Of a stretch of 64,000 nt of DNA, positions 37,608 to 47,887 are shown in pieces (within the stretch, counting starts at the first letter, position 1; every line of letters starts with the position of its first letter). The stretch spans positions 2,080,001-2,144,000 of the forward strand of contig OZ243927.1 of the NCBI GenBank assembly GCA_965213925.1. Reading direction: 5' to 3'. Source of the DNA: Trueperaceae bacterium. GTDB taxonomy: Bacteria > Deinococcota > Deinococci > Deinococcales > Trueperaceae. The translations under genes and the position numbers were made by a program. The notes under the pieces were generated by a model, which was given only the letters and a program-made list of their open reading frames with translations, did no database searches and had not been told where the DNA came from.

Positions 37608-38641
37608 TGATAGCTCCGCATCAGCGCCGCGAGCGCCTCTTTGGACGGCCGCAATTGGTCTTCGGAAAGTGCTGTCAAGGGCGTCTCGGCTAACCCGCTC
37701 GCCTCAGCCAGAGACGGCCGCGAAGGGTCGTAATAGATCAGCCCGGTGATAAATTCCTGGGCTTCCTCGGCGCGCTGGAGTCTCGCCGTCGCCGCTGCAC
37801 GGTCAGTTGGGTCGTAGCCCTGCTCGAGCTTGCGCAGTTCGATCTTCGACCCGTCGTGCAGTTCGACGACCTTGAGTTCGCCGGGCTCATAATCGTCAAT
37901 GGCAATCTCCTCAGCAGTCGGGACGTAACCGATTTCTTGAAGGGCTTTTTCGTGTTTCAGGCCGTAGGGGTAGCTTTTGGGCGAGGTGGCGTCGTTGTTA
38001 AAGGCGACGCACGGGCTGATGATGTCCAGAACTGCCGTGCCCCGGTGCGAGAGAGCGGCTTTGAGCAGTTCGCGAACCTGTTTGGCGTCACCCGCGAAAC
38101 TCCGCGCGACAAACCCGCAGCCCGCCACGAGCGCCTCTAAGCACAAGTTGATGGGCGGCAAGTCGTTGTGTCCAGCGTATTTAAGCTCCAAGCCTTCATC
38201 GGCAGTGGCTGAAAACTGCCCCTTGGTGAGCCCGTACACGCCGTTATTCTCGACGATGTAAACCAGGCGCACGTTTCGCCTGACCAGGTGCTTGAATTGC
38301 CCCATGCCGATCGAGCCCGTGTCTCCGTCGCCCGACACCCCGATAGCGCGCAGGTGGTGGTTCGCCATAAGCGCCCCGGTGCCGACCGACGGCATCCGCC
38401 CGTGCAGCGCGTTGAAACCGTGCGAGCGTCCCAAAAAGTAGGCGGGGGACTTGCTCGAGCAGCCGATACCCGAGAGTTTGATGACGTCGTGAGGCTTCAG
38501 ATTAAGCTCAAAGGCCACCTGAATGATCTGGCTGGCGATCGAATTGTGCCCGCAACCCTTACACAGGGTTGAAGGGCGACCCCCGTAGTCACTTTTTGAA
38601 AGTCCGATGGCGTTCTCTTTGAGTGCTTGGGCTCTACTCAT
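37604..38641 (-). CDS. korB: 2-oxoacid:ferredoxin oxidoreductase beta subunit
   Basis: LCKGCGH, SGIGCSS, HGRM, TPP motif GDGD...NNGVYGLTKGQFS and SPCVAFN. Substrate not determinable from sequence. Confidence 0.92.
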   Translation of the reverse strand: MSRAQALKENAIGLSKSDYGGRPSTLCKGCGHNSIASQIIQVAFELNLKPHDVIKLSGIGCSSKSPAYFLGRSHGFNALHGRMPSVGTGALMANHHLRAIGVSGDGDTGSIGMGQFKHLVRRNVRLVYIVENNGVYGLTKGQFSATADEGLELKYAGHNDLPPINLCLEALVAGCGFVARSFAGDAKQVRELLKAALSHRGTAVLDIISPCVAFNNDATSPKSYPYGLKHEKALQEIGYVPTAEEIAIDDYEPGELKVVELHDGSKIELRKLEQGYDPTDRAAATARLQRAEEAQEFITGLIYYDPSRPSLAEASGLAETPLTALSEDQLRPSKEALAALMRSYQ

Positions 38642-40463
38642 ATTTCGTTTCCTCCTGCTCGAGTCGCTCTACGATCCACTGCGCCGTGAACGGCATTCCG
38701 TCTAGGTGCGCGACCGAAACGAGCTTAGCCGCGAACTCAGGTCGTTCGGCTAATAAGATAGCGTGGAGCTGCCCGTCGCGGTTCATCTCGGTGACGTAGA
38801 CGCGCTTGTGGCGCGCGATAAAGTCCTTGACTTCGCGGCTTAGCGGCAACGCTCTAAGCCGCAGATAGCTGGTTTTAAGGCCGCTTTGCGACAAGAGGTC
38901 GCGCGCCTCGTCGATCGCGTGCTTAGTCGTGCCGTAAGCGAGGATGCCAACGTCGGCGTCCTCGACCTCGTCGATAACGGGTTTGGGGACGATGGTCCTT
39001 GCGGTCTGAAACTTGCGCGCCAGGCGTTCGGTGTTCGCGAGCCAGTCCTCGGGACGCTCGCTATAGAGCGCGTGTTCGTTATGTCCTGTGCCCCGCGTAA
39101 AGTAAGCCGAACCCGCGCTCGTGTTTCCAGGTAACGTGCGGTAGCCGATACCGTCACCGTCGAGGTCCAAGTAGCGCGAAAACCCCTGCGCTTCGACCTC
39201 CTTAGCGCAGAGCACCTTGCCGCGCTTCAGCGGCTCGCCCGGGTATTCGAAGGGTTGACCCATCCAGTTGTTCATGCCGAGGTCTAAGTCCGAGAGGACG
39301 AACACGGGCGTCTGCAGGGTTTCAGCCAGGTCGAACGAGCTGTAGCCGAACTCGAAACACTCCTCTATGGTGGCTGGAAAGAGCACGACGTTTTTGCTGT
39401 CGCCGTGGCCTAGGTAGTACACGAACGCCACGTCGCCCTGGCTGGTGCGCGTCGGCAGCCCGGTGGACGGACCGACCCGCTGGATGTCCCAGATCACCGC
39501 GGGAATCTCGGCGAAGTAGCCGAGCCCCGCAAATTCGCTCATCAGTGAGATTCCTGGTCCCGAGGTGGCCGTGAGCGCGCGCGCCCCGGCCCAGCCCGCG
39601 CCCAGCACCATGCCGATAGCGGCGAGTTCGTCCTCAGCCTGGATAACTGTGTAGGTCGGCTCGCCCTCATCGGTTTGGCGTAACCTGGGCAGAAAGTCGC
39701 GCAGGGCGTCGATAAAACTGGTCGAGGGCGTGATAGGGTACCACGCGCCCAGCGACACGCCGCCAAAAACCGCGCCGAGTGCGCCCGCCTCGTTGCCGGT
39801 CATGAGGATGAGCCCGTCCGTCTTACCTAACGGTTCGACCCGGAAGGGGTCGCGCTTCTCGAGGTTCTCTTCGGCCCAGGCGTGCGCGGTGCGCACCATC
39901 CTCATGTTCGAGTCGATGAGGCTTTGGCGTTTGCCGAAGTGAAACGAGAGCGCCTCTTCAACCGCGTCAAGGGGCACGTTCAGCAGGTGCGCGAGCGCGC
40001 CGACGTAAGTCATATTCGCGATGTAGTCTTTGAGCTTCCCTTTCATCCCGGTTTGAGAGACGAACTCGCCGACGGGCAGCGCGTAGGTGAAGAGGTCGTC
40101 GCGGCGGAGCCCCCCGCTGAAGCCTTCTTCATATATACACACGCCGCCCGGCGGAAGCCCGCGAACATCTTCGTCCAAGGTCAGCGGGTTAAAGGCGACC
40201 AAGAGTTCTGGAGGTTTGCGGGCCACGTAACCGTCGCGGCTCACCCGGATGTTGTACCAGGTGGGGAGTCCTTGGATGTTCGACGGAAAGATATTTTTGC
40301 CGTGAACCGGGATGCCCATCTTGAAAAACGCGCGTAGCAGCGTCAGGTTGGCGGTCTGACTGCCGGTGCCGTTGACCGTAGCGACGACGAGTGAGAAATC
40401 GTTGACGACGCTTTCACCTCGGACAGGGGTCCGAACGGGGGCGGGCTGGTTGGCGACCTCCAT
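38634..40463 (-). CDS. korA: 2-oxoacid:ferredoxin oxidoreductase alpha subunit (gamma-alpha fusion)
   Basis: GNEA, WYPITP, QAEDELAA, ATSGPG.SLM.E, QRVGPSTGLPT and EMNRDGQL motifs. Confidence 0.93.
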   Translation of the reverse strand: MEVANQPAPVRTPVRGESVVNDFSLVVATVNGTGSQTANLTLLRAFFKMGIPVHGKNIFPSNIQGLPTWYNIRVSRDGYVARKPPELLVAFNPLTLDEDVRGLPPGGVCIYEEGFSGGLRRDDLFTYALPVGEFVSQTGMKGKLKDYIANMTYVGALAHLLNVPLDAVEEALSFHFGKRQSLIDSNMRMVRTAHAWAEENLEKRDPFRVEPLGKTDGLILMTGNEAGALGAVFGGVSLGAWYPITPSTSFIDALRDFLPRLRQTDEGEPTYTVIQAEDELAAIGMVLGAGWAGARALTATSGPGISLMSEFAGLGYFAEIPAVIWDIQRVGPSTGLPTRTSQGDVAFVYYLGHGDSKNVVLFPATIEECFEFGYSSFDLAETLQTPVFVLSDLDLGMNNWMGQPFEYPGEPLKRGKVLCAKEVEAQGFSRYLDLDGDGIGYRTLPGNTSAGSAYFTRGTGHNEHALYSERPEDWLANTERLARKFQTARTIVPKPVIDEVEDADVGILAYGTTKHAIDEARDLLSQSGLKTSYLRLRALPLSREVKDFIARHKRVYVTEMNRDGQLHAILLAERPEFAAKLVSVAHLDGMPFTAQWIVERLEQEETKYE

Positions 40464-40667
40464 AAACTAAACCTCCCTACTCACAGGTCGGAACGTCAAC
40501 CTATAAGTCCTTGCGATATTCGGTAAACGTATGGACTTTAGTTTAGCTCAGATGGAGCAAAGAGGTTTCATGATGCTGGGTTCGCGCGCGTCCACCTGGG
40601 TCGCGAGCACCCGGGCGTCCCAGCCACCGAAAGAACGCAGTTCGCTACTGGCGTAGGATACCCGCTA

Positions 40668-41903
40668 TTAAGAACGCTTCTCAACTTTCGCTGCTACAGG
40701 CTTTGTGGCGGGAATACGCGCCGTTATCTGCGTTCCGAAAGGGGGCGCGGAGCGTATCTCCAGCGTACCTCCGACCGACGCGGTGTGCTCCTCTAGGCCG
40801 ATAAGCCCGAAGTGGTTGTCACGCGCGAGCGCGCTGAGCTGCTCAGGTGGGGTGAAGCCTTGGCCGTCGTCATGTACTTTGAGAATGGCAGCGCCGTCCT
40901 CGAGCCCTAGCGACACCTCGACGCGACTCGCTCGGGCGTGCTTGAAGACGTTGCGGAGCGCCTCTTGCGCGGTGCGAAAGAGGCATAGGGCGATCGGAGC
41001 GGGGAAGGTATACCCGTTTGTATGAATGTCGGCGCCGATCACTACACCAGGTTTTTCATCCTGGAGTTGCGTGAGATAGTGTTTGAGCGTGACCTCGAGC
41101 CCGAGTTCCTCCAGCCCCGAAGGGCGCAAGCCACCGATGAGGTGACGCAGTTCTTTCGAAACCCCTAAAACTGCCTTGCGGTGCGCGCCGAGCGTCTCGT
41201 ACTCGGGATGTGTGCTCCCTAAACCCTTCTGGCTTTCGGCGAGACCGTACGAGATACCGATGAGTTGCTGCACCGCGCCGTCGTGGAGTTCGCGGGCGAG
41301 AAAGCGGCGCTCGCGCTCGCGGATGTCGGCGAGTTTGACGCGCAGTGCGTTGAGTTCACGCTCGACGCGCCTGCGTTCGGCATTTTCACGCTCGAGCTGC
41401 GCGTTCGCCTCTCGAAGTTCCGCCGTCCGCGCCTCGACCCTCGCCTCCAGTTCATCATTGGCAAGTTTGAGGGCGGCCTCAGCCTTGCGCTGCGCCCCCT
41501 GCGCGGCGGCTTCGCGGAGCGCCCGGTCCACCGCCGGCCCCAAGCGGTGAAGCTGGTCTTTGTTGATGAGGTCGGACGCGCCCAGTTGCATCAGGTGAAC
41601 GGCCGCCTCTTCACCCACCGCCCCCGAGACAACGATGCAAGGGATGGGCGTTTCACGTTCCCCCAATAGCTTTAACACGTCGTGCGAGCTTAGCTGCGGC
41701 ATGGCGTGGTCCGAAAGGACGATGTCCCAGTCAAAAAAATCGAGGTTTTCCTCAATTTCGGCTCGAGTCTGGGCAAACTCTGCGGTGACGGCGAACCCGT
41801 AGCGGCGCAACTCCAACACGGCGAGTTCGGCGTCTTGGGGAGAATCGTCTACGATGAGAACGCGGAGCGGAATCCCGCCGAGTTCTTGACCTCTCGGGTT
41901 CAC
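40668..41903 (-). CDS. Hybrid receiver + HisKA_3 (NarX/DegS-type) histidine kinase
   Basis: REC (LIVDDS, LSDHAMP, SGAVGEE.AV, K), coiled coil, ER..LARELHD, QEALRNV.KHA, DDGQGF and FGL.G motifs. Confidence 0.92.
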   Translation of the reverse strand: MNPRGQELGGIPLRVLIVDDSPQDAELAVLELRRYGFAVTAEFAQTRAEIEENLDFFDWDIVLSDHAMPQLSSHDVLKLLGERETPIPCIVVSGAVGEEAAVHLMQLGASDLINKDQLHRLGPAVDRALREAAAQGAQRKAEAALKLANDELEARVEARTAELREANAQLERENAERRRVERELNALRVKLADIRERERRFLARELHDGAVQQLIGISYGLAESQKGLGSTHPEYETLGAHRKAVLGVSKELRHLIGGLRPSGLEELGLEVTLKHYLTQLQDEKPGVVIGADIHTNGYTFPAPIALCLFRTAQEALRNVFKHARASRVEVSLGLEDGAAILKVHDDGQGFTPPEQLSALARDNHFGLIGLEEHTASVGGTLEIRSAPPFGTQITARIPATKPVAAKVEKRS

Positions 41904-41940
41904 GCTTGCCCTGCCAAAACAACCGTGACGCTGCGAGCCC

Positions 41941-42390
41941 TCATGTGGCAGCCGACCAGGGGTTCTCGTTCAAGACGAGCCAGTACACGCCGAGCTGCCG
42001 AATCGCCTCGGAAAACGCCTCGAAATCGACGGGTTTGCGCACGTACGAGTTCGCGCCGTTGCGGTAGCTCAGCGCCACGTCATGTTCTTCTTGCGAGGTC
42101 GTGAGCATGACGATGGGCAGAAGTCGGGTGCGCTCATCCTTGCGAAGTTCAGCCAGCACGTCCAAACCGCTCAGCTTGGGCAGGTTGATGTCCAGAAGGA
42201 CGAATTGCGGCAGCGTGTCCACGCGCTCAGCGTACTCGCCGCGCAGGAGCAGAAAGTCGAGCGCCGCCGCGCCGTCTTGCAACACGACGATGTCGTTGAT
42301 GAGGTTGTGACGGCGCAACGCGCGAATCGTAAGGTCGATATCGTCCTGATTGTCCTCGACTAAAAGAAGGTAGGTGTTGTCTTGCGTCAT
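41941..42390 (-). CDS. Single-domain response regulator (Rcp1-like)
   Basis: LLVEDN.DD, LLDINLPKLSG, LTTS and GANSYVRKPVDF motifs. Confidence 0.94.
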   Translation of the reverse strand: MTQDNTYLLLVEDNQDDIDLTIRALRRHNLINDIVVLQDGAAALDFLLLRGEYAERVDTLPQFVLLDINLPKLSGLDVLAELRKDERTRLLPIVMLTTSQEEHDVALSYRNGANSYVRKPVDFEAFSEAIRQLGVYWLVLNENPWSAAT

Positions 42391-42412
42391 GTCGCCCCCA
42401 TTATGACCCATT

Positions 42413-45400
42413 CTAAGGCTGTGGGGGGCTTTCTGACGCGAGAGCTATCTTTCCGGCGGGAGGGAGCGTGAAGTAAAAGGTCGCGCCCTCACCTACCGCC
42501 GCCTCCGCCCAGACCGCGCCGCCGTGCCGATGCACTACGCGCTGCACCGTCGCCAGACCGATGCCCGTACCCTCGAACTGACCGGGCGAGTGGAGCCGCT
42601 GAAACGCGCCGAAGAGCTTGTGTGCGTACGCCATGTCGAAGCCCGCGCCGTTGTCGCGCACGAAAAACGCGCCTTCCTCGTTCACGCCGAAGGTGATGTG
42701 CGCGCTTTCCTCATGTCGGGTGAACTTCCAGGCGTTTTCGAAGAGGTTGGTCAGCGCGATGCGTAAGAGCCGCGTATCGCCCTGAGCACATAGCCCGCCC
42801 TGAATCTCGAGCGAAACCTCACGTTCCGGTTCGCGTTCTTGTAATTCTGCGACGATAGACGCCGCTTTAGCGCTTAAATCGACCTCTTCGCGCGTCATCT
42901 CGCTGCGCGAGAGCCTCGAGAACGCCAACATATCGTCGATGAGCGTGCCCATGCGCTGCGCCCCAGAGCGTACCCGCTTGAGGTAATGAATCGCCGTATC
43001 GTCCAAGGTGTCGCCTGTGTCGTAGTCCTCTAAGAGCGCTTGTGAAAAGCCGTCGATGCCGCGCAGCGGCGCACGTAAGTCGTGCGAGACGCTGTACGAG
43101 AAGGCTTCTAATTCTTTGTTGGCAGCTTCTAGCGCGGCGGTGCGGTCTTTAAGCTGAGCGTTGGCGGTGCGCAGTTCGGCGGTGCGGACCTCGACCCGGT
43201 TTTCCAACTCCTGGTTGAGTTTAAGCACCTCGGCTTCCGCCTCTTTTCGCGCAGTGACCTCTTCCACGACGGAGATGCAGTAGAGAGGTTCGCCGCTTTC
43301 ACCGCGTTGCAGCGCGGTGGTGAGGTCGATCCAGACGGTGTGACCGTCCCTGTGGAAGTAGCGCTTCTCCATCATGTAGGAGTCTATCTCACCTTTTATG
43401 AGCTGCTCGAACTGCTCGACATCCGCGCCAACGTCATCTGGATGCGTGATGTCTTGAAAGGTTCGCGCTAAGAGTTCCGCTTCGCTGTACCCTGAGATGT
43501 CGCACAGCTTCGCGTTGACCTTGAGCCACCGTCCGCCCAGACCAACGTGTCCGATGCCCACGGCGGCATTCTCAAACGTGCCGCGAAAGTTGCGTTCGCT
43601 CTCCTTGAGCGCCTCTTGCGCCTCTTTGCGAACGGTGATGTCATCAAATAGAGAGTAGACCTGAAAGGGCCTCGTCTCGCCCGCTCTGTACTGCGGCACG
43701 GCGTCCACCGAGAGCCAGTGGTAGCGCTCATCACTGGGGTTATAGACCGCCATCACGACGTTTTCGACTACCTTACCTGTGCGGAGCGCCCGCATCGGCG
43801 GATGCTCTTCGCCCGGAAAGTCGGAGCCGTCTTCGCGCAAGGCTCGCCAGCGCGAGTCCGCCGAGTAGCGCCCCGTTATCTCGTCGTTTGTCAGACCTAG
43901 AATCCGCCCAGCGGCGGGGTTAGCGGAGATGATTTCGCCCTCAGCATCCTGATAGACCACCGCTTGCGTCATCGTTTCGAAAAGGGTGCGGTACTCCGCC
44001 TCGCTCTTGCGCAGAGCTATCTCTGTCTCTCTTTGCTCCGTGGTCTCCGTCACCACACCCGTGAAGCGTACTGCCCGCCGTTCAGTATTTTCACCTTCGA
44101 AAATGACTCGTCCGGTAACGCGAATCCAGCGAATCCCGACGCCCGGTTTGAGAACGCGGTACTCAATGTCGTACTCGCCGCCCCCGTCAGGTTGCAGCGC
44201 CGCCTCGATGCGCTGCGTCACGTAGTCCTGTTCGTCCGGGTGAATATGCGAAATGGGGTCCGCCAGCGTCACGGCTCCCTGGGTGGGCATATCGAACAGC
44301 TCGCGGCAGCGCTTGTCCATGAAGAGAACGTCTTTGACGAGGTCGAGGTTCCACGTGCCCATCGCGGCAGACTCCAGCGCCACGCGGCGCTGCTCCTCGC
44401 TCCTGCGCAGCGTCTCCTCGGCTAACTTTTGCTCCGTACCGTCGCGGAAGACTTTAGCAAAGCCGCGCAGCTCGCCCGCGTCGTTGCGCAAGGCGGTCGT
44501 TGTACCGTCGGCGAAGAAGCGTGTGGCGTCCCCGCGCAGATGCCAGCGCACGTCTTGTGCGTCGCCCGCTTCGCTCGCGGCGCGCATCTCCTGCGCCGCT
44601 ACGCCCTGCTGCACATCCTCAGGGGTAAAGATCAGATTGATGTGTTGGCCGAGCGCTTTCCCTTCGCGGTGGCCTGTGATGCGCTCGGCTCCGGGATTCC
44701 ATTCAGTGATAATGCCGTTCGGGTCAGTGATAACAATCGCGTAGTCCCGCGCCCCTGAAACGAGCAGTTGCAAACGCTCGGTGGTCTCTTGCAGGGCTTC
44801 TCGAGCCTTTTCGCGCTCGGTGATGTCTTGCACCACGCCGAACAGTTCAGCGGGTACACGCTCGCCGTTTTCCTCCATGAAGCGGCACTGCCCGCGCACC
44901 GCCATCCAGCGCACTTCACCACCTACGCCGTAAAAGCGGTGCTCGACCATATAACGGTTTTCGGGCTCACGCGGATTCGTCGCGTGAAGGATGGCGCGTT
45001 CCAACGCGGGGAGGTCGTCGGGGTGAACGAGGCCCAGCATCGCGCCCGCTTCGGCTTTAGCAGGGACGCCGAAGAGGTCCTGGCAGCGTTCGTCGAACCA
45101 CATTCGCCCGCTCCGCAAGTCGCGGCTCCAGATGCCGAATTCTGCGCCGTCGAGCGCGAGCCTGAGCCGCTGTTCATTTTGCTGCAAGGTCCCTTTAGTC
45201 TCTTCGCGCTCGGTTACGTCCGCCGCTGACGCGACGAGGCTCGAGACGTTGCCTTGAGCGTCGCGAACGGGTGCGAGCATGAAGTCTACGGTGAGAACGC
45301 GGTCCTCGCTCATCCGCACCTGCGTATCAAAGCGGCTCGTCTCGCCCTGGGCGGCTTTGCGAATCGCCTCTCGCAACCTCCCCTGCACCGCCGCATCGTG

Positions 45401-46180
45401 TCGCCACCAAGGTGTTTCGGCGAAGGGTAAGCCGATGACGGCGGCGAGCGTCACGTCCGAAGCGTCCAGCGCCGCGCGGTTGACGTATTGGAGCGTACCG
45501 TCCGGGTCCAATACAGCCACGAAGGTGAGCAAATGGTCGAGCACATCCAAGAGGCGGCTTTCTGAAGCGCGCACTTCACGCTCGGCGCGTTCTCTCGCTT
45601 GGACTTCGAGCCGCAACGCCTGGTTCGACTCGTCGAGCGCACGGGTGCGCTCACGGATGCGCTCTTCTAAAGCGTCGCGTGCCCGCCTGACCTCTTCGGT
45701 CGCTTCTTTGCGCGCCGTCACGTCGTTCTGTACGCCTAAAAAGAGCACCAGCTTGCCCTCGTCGTCGTAGACGGGCGAGAGGTAGAGGTGATTCCAAAAC
45801 ATCGAACCGTCTTTGCGGTAGTTGCGCAGCTCTACGTCCGTGCTCTCGCCCGCACGGACCGCCGCACGGAGCCGCTTGACGCCCTCCTGGTCGCGGTCGT
45901 CGCCCTGCAAAAAGCGGCAGTTCTGACCGATGACCTCGCCTGGACCATAGCCCGTGAGCTTTTCGAAGCCGCCGTTGACGTAGATGATGGGGTTGTCGGG
46001 CTTGCTGGGGTCGGTGACGACGATGGTGTTGTCGAAGGCGTCTAAAATTGCGCCCAAAAGCTCTAAGCGGTCTGACGAGGTGATGAGCGCGGTGAGCCGC
46101 TCCTCCAAGTCTTGAATGCGGCCTCCGTCGTTCGCCCGCATCCGTTCGGCGTCGTGTTCGCTGTTGCGTCGACTCGCCAT
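42413..46180 (-). CDS. LOV + six PAS domain sensor histidine kinase
   Basis: N-terminal LOV (DNPIIYVN..F..LTGY, GQNCRFLQG, NYRKDG..FWN, GVQNDVT), six more PAS/PAC units, H-box FSYSVSHDLRAPL, and N/G1/F/G2 boxes. Confidence 0.95.
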   Translation of the reverse strand: MASRRNSEHDAERMRANDGGRIQDLEERLTALITSSDRLELLGAILDAFDNTIVVTDPSKPDNPIIYVNGGFEKLTGYGPGEVIGQNCRFLQGDDRDQEGVKRLRAAVRAGESTDVELRNYRKDGSMFWNHLYLSPVYDDEGKLVLFLGVQNDVTARKEATEEVRRARDALEERIRERTRALDESNQALRLEVQARERAEREVRASESRLLDVLDHLLTFVAVLDPDGTLQYVNRAALDASDVTLAAVIGLPFAETPWWRHDAAVQGRLREAIRKAAQGETSRFDTQVRMSEDRVLTVDFMLAPVRDAQGNVSSLVASAADVTEREETKGTLQQNEQRLRLALDGAEFGIWSRDLRSGRMWFDERCQDLFGVPAKAEAGAMLGLVHPDDLPALERAILHATNPREPENRYMVEHRFYGVGGEVRWMAVRGQCRFMEENGERVPAELFGVVQDITEREKAREALQETTERLQLLVSGARDYAIVITDPNGIITEWNPGAERITGHREGKALGQHINLIFTPEDVQQGVAAQEMRAASEAGDAQDVRWHLRGDATRFFADGTTTALRNDAGELRGFAKVFRDGTEQKLAEETLRRSEEQRRVALESAAMGTWNLDLVKDVLFMDKRCRELFDMPTQGAVTLADPISHIHPDEQDYVTQRIEAALQPDGGGEYDIEYRVLKPGVGIRWIRVTGRVIFEGENTERRAVRFTGVVTETTEQRETEIALRKSEAEYRTLFETMTQAVVYQDAEGEIISANPAAGRILGLTNDEITGRYSADSRWRALREDGSDFPGEEHPPMRALRTGKVVENVVMAVYNPSDERYHWLSVDAVPQYRAGETRPFQVYSLFDDITVRKEAQEALKESERNFRGTFENAAVGIGHVGLGGRWLKVNAKLCDISGYSEAELLARTFQDITHPDDVGADVEQFEQLIKGEIDSYMMEKRYFHRDGHTVWIDLTTALQRGESGEPLYCISVVEEVTARKEAEAEVLKLNQELENRVEVRTAELRTANAQLKDRTAALEAANKELEAFSYSVSHDLRAPLRGIDGFSQALLEDYDTGDTLDDTAIHYLKRVRSGAQRMGTLIDDMLAFSRLSRSEMTREEVDLSAKAASIVAELQEREPEREVSLEIQGGLCAQGDTRLLRIALTNLFENAWKFTRHEESAHITFGVNEEGAFFVRDNGAGFDMAYAHKLFGAFQRLHSPGQFEGTGIGLATVQRVVHRHGGAVWAEAAVGEGATFYFTLPPAGKIALASESPPQP

Positions 46181-46622
46181 TTATAGAGGCGCGCCTATGA
46201 CGAAGAGGAAAAGGTGTGCTCTGAGGTGCTGCGCGGTGTTCATGCGCATAATCTACCCCGAAGTGGACAGGAAAATCGTCAGCGGTATAAACCTCTTTGC
46301 AACGTGTCAAAAATCTCATAGCGCGCGTCTACAGGCGTACGATCAGGTTAAAATGTGAGCGAAACTTCCCCCGAAGAACGGGCGTATTTTAAGAGGTCGT
46401 TCAGGAGGTGAAAGTGCGTGACAGGGGCGCAAACATTTGCCGACGAAAAACCCTGAATAAGACGCGCTCACGCCATCATTAAGGGTGTGCTTAACCCAAA
46501 ACGCTTTACAAATCTCCACCGCAAAAGGTAGCATAGTGTAGCGAGGGGAAAACTTCACATGACCCAGAGATGCGGTCGCTACGATTTAATCTCTAAACCT
46601 GGGTCACTCTAAAGGAGAAAAT

Positions 46623-47636
46623 ATGCAGAAACGTTTATTTTTAATCATTGTGCTCTGTGCTGCGTTCAGTGTGGCCTCGGCGCAGAACCTGTACGAGGAG
46701 ATTCAGAACCGGGGCAACATCGTCTGCGGCGTCAACGAAAGGCTCCCCGGCTTCGGCAGCGTCGACGACCAGGGCAACTTCGAAGGCTTCGACGTGGACT
46801 TCTGCCGCGCCGTCGCCGCTGCGGTTTTTGGCGACGCAGAAGCCGTCGAGTTCCGCCCACTCAGCGCCCAAGACCGCTTTACGGCGGTGCAGACGGGTGC
46901 GGTGGATTTGCTCGCGCGTAACTCTACCTGGACGAGTAGCCGCGACACCACGGTGGGTCTCAACTTCGCGCCCGTCAACTTCTACGACGGTCAGGGCTTC
47001 ATGGTGCGCCGCGACTCGGGCATCGAGTCCATCGAGGACCTAGAGGGCCGCCGCATCGGGGTGCAGTCGGGTACGACTACCGAACTCAACCTCGCGGATA
47101 CGATGGAAGCCTTGGGCATTCAGTACACGCCCGTCATCTTCGAGAACAACGACCAGCTAGCGAGCGCTTACGACGACGGTCAGATGGACGCCTGGACGAC
47201 GGACAAGTCGGGCTTAGCCAGCACGCTCATCACGCTCCGCGACCCGTCTGCGCACCGCATCATGGACGTGACCATTTCCAAAGAGCCGCTCGCGCCCGCC
47301 GTTTTGCAAGGTGAGGACGCCTGGTTCGACGTGGTCAAGTGGGTGATGTTCGGTCTCTTCGAAGCGGAAGAGTACGGCATCACGATGGACAACGTCTCGG
47401 AGATGGCGGAAACCACCGAGAACCCCAATATCCAGCGCATCTTAGGCGTCGAGCCCGAGAACGTCCAGGGCATTGGTCTCCCCGCCGAAGGCATCCGTAA
47501 CGCGATCGCGGCGGTCGGCAACTACGGCGAAATCTACAACCGCAACCTGGGTCCGGATACGCCCTTCGACATCCCGCGCGGCTTAAACGCGCAGTATTAC
47601 GACGGAGGTCTCATCTACGGGATGCCCTTTCGTTAA
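46623..47636 (+). CDS. aapJ: General L-amino acid ABC substrate-binding protein (AapJ/BztA)
   Basis: CGVN..LPGF, GFDVDFCRAVAAA, RF..VQ.G.VD.L.RN.TWT.SRD, ISKEPL.P, VGNYGEIY.RNLG and GGLIY..PFR motifs. Confidence 0.94.
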   Translation: MQKRLFLIIVLCAAFSVASAQNLYEEIQNRGNIVCGVNERLPGFGSVDDQGNFEGFDVDFCRAVAAAVFGDAEAVEFRPLSAQDRFTAVQTGAVDLLARNSTWTSSRDTTVGLNFAPVNFYDGQGFMVRRDSGIESIEDLEGRRIGVQSGTTTELNLADTMEALGIQYTPVIFENNDQLASAYDDGQMDAWTTDKSGLASTLITLRDPSAHRIMDVTISKEPLAPAVLQGEDAWFDVVKWVMFGLFEAEEYGITMDNVSEMAETTENPNIQRILGVEPENVQGIGLPAEGIRNAIAAVGNYGEIYNRNLGPDTPFDIPRGLNAQYYDGGLIYGMPFR

Positions 47637-47655
47637 GCCGAAAGAGTGATACGTG

Positions 47656-47683
47656 GGGTGATGGTTTGAACCATCACCCTTTT
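47656..47683 (+). terminator. Intra-operon terminator or stabilising hairpin after aapJ
   Basis: GGGTGATGGTT-TG-AACCATCACCC-TTTT. Confidence 0.75.
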
Positions 47684-47887
47684 CGCTATAGAAACTCCCA
47701 GAGTCAAACCTTTAGTCATTAAACCTTTAGTCATGAAGTATTAGCTGATATTGAGTTGCCGAGCAAAGCTTGAACCACGATTTTACTAGTAGAAAATTTA
47801 TCGTAAAAATTTAACCGCGAATAGACGCGAAGTTAGAGGTGAAGAGGTGCGCATCAATTTCACATTCGGGCATTTTGGGACGTTCTG

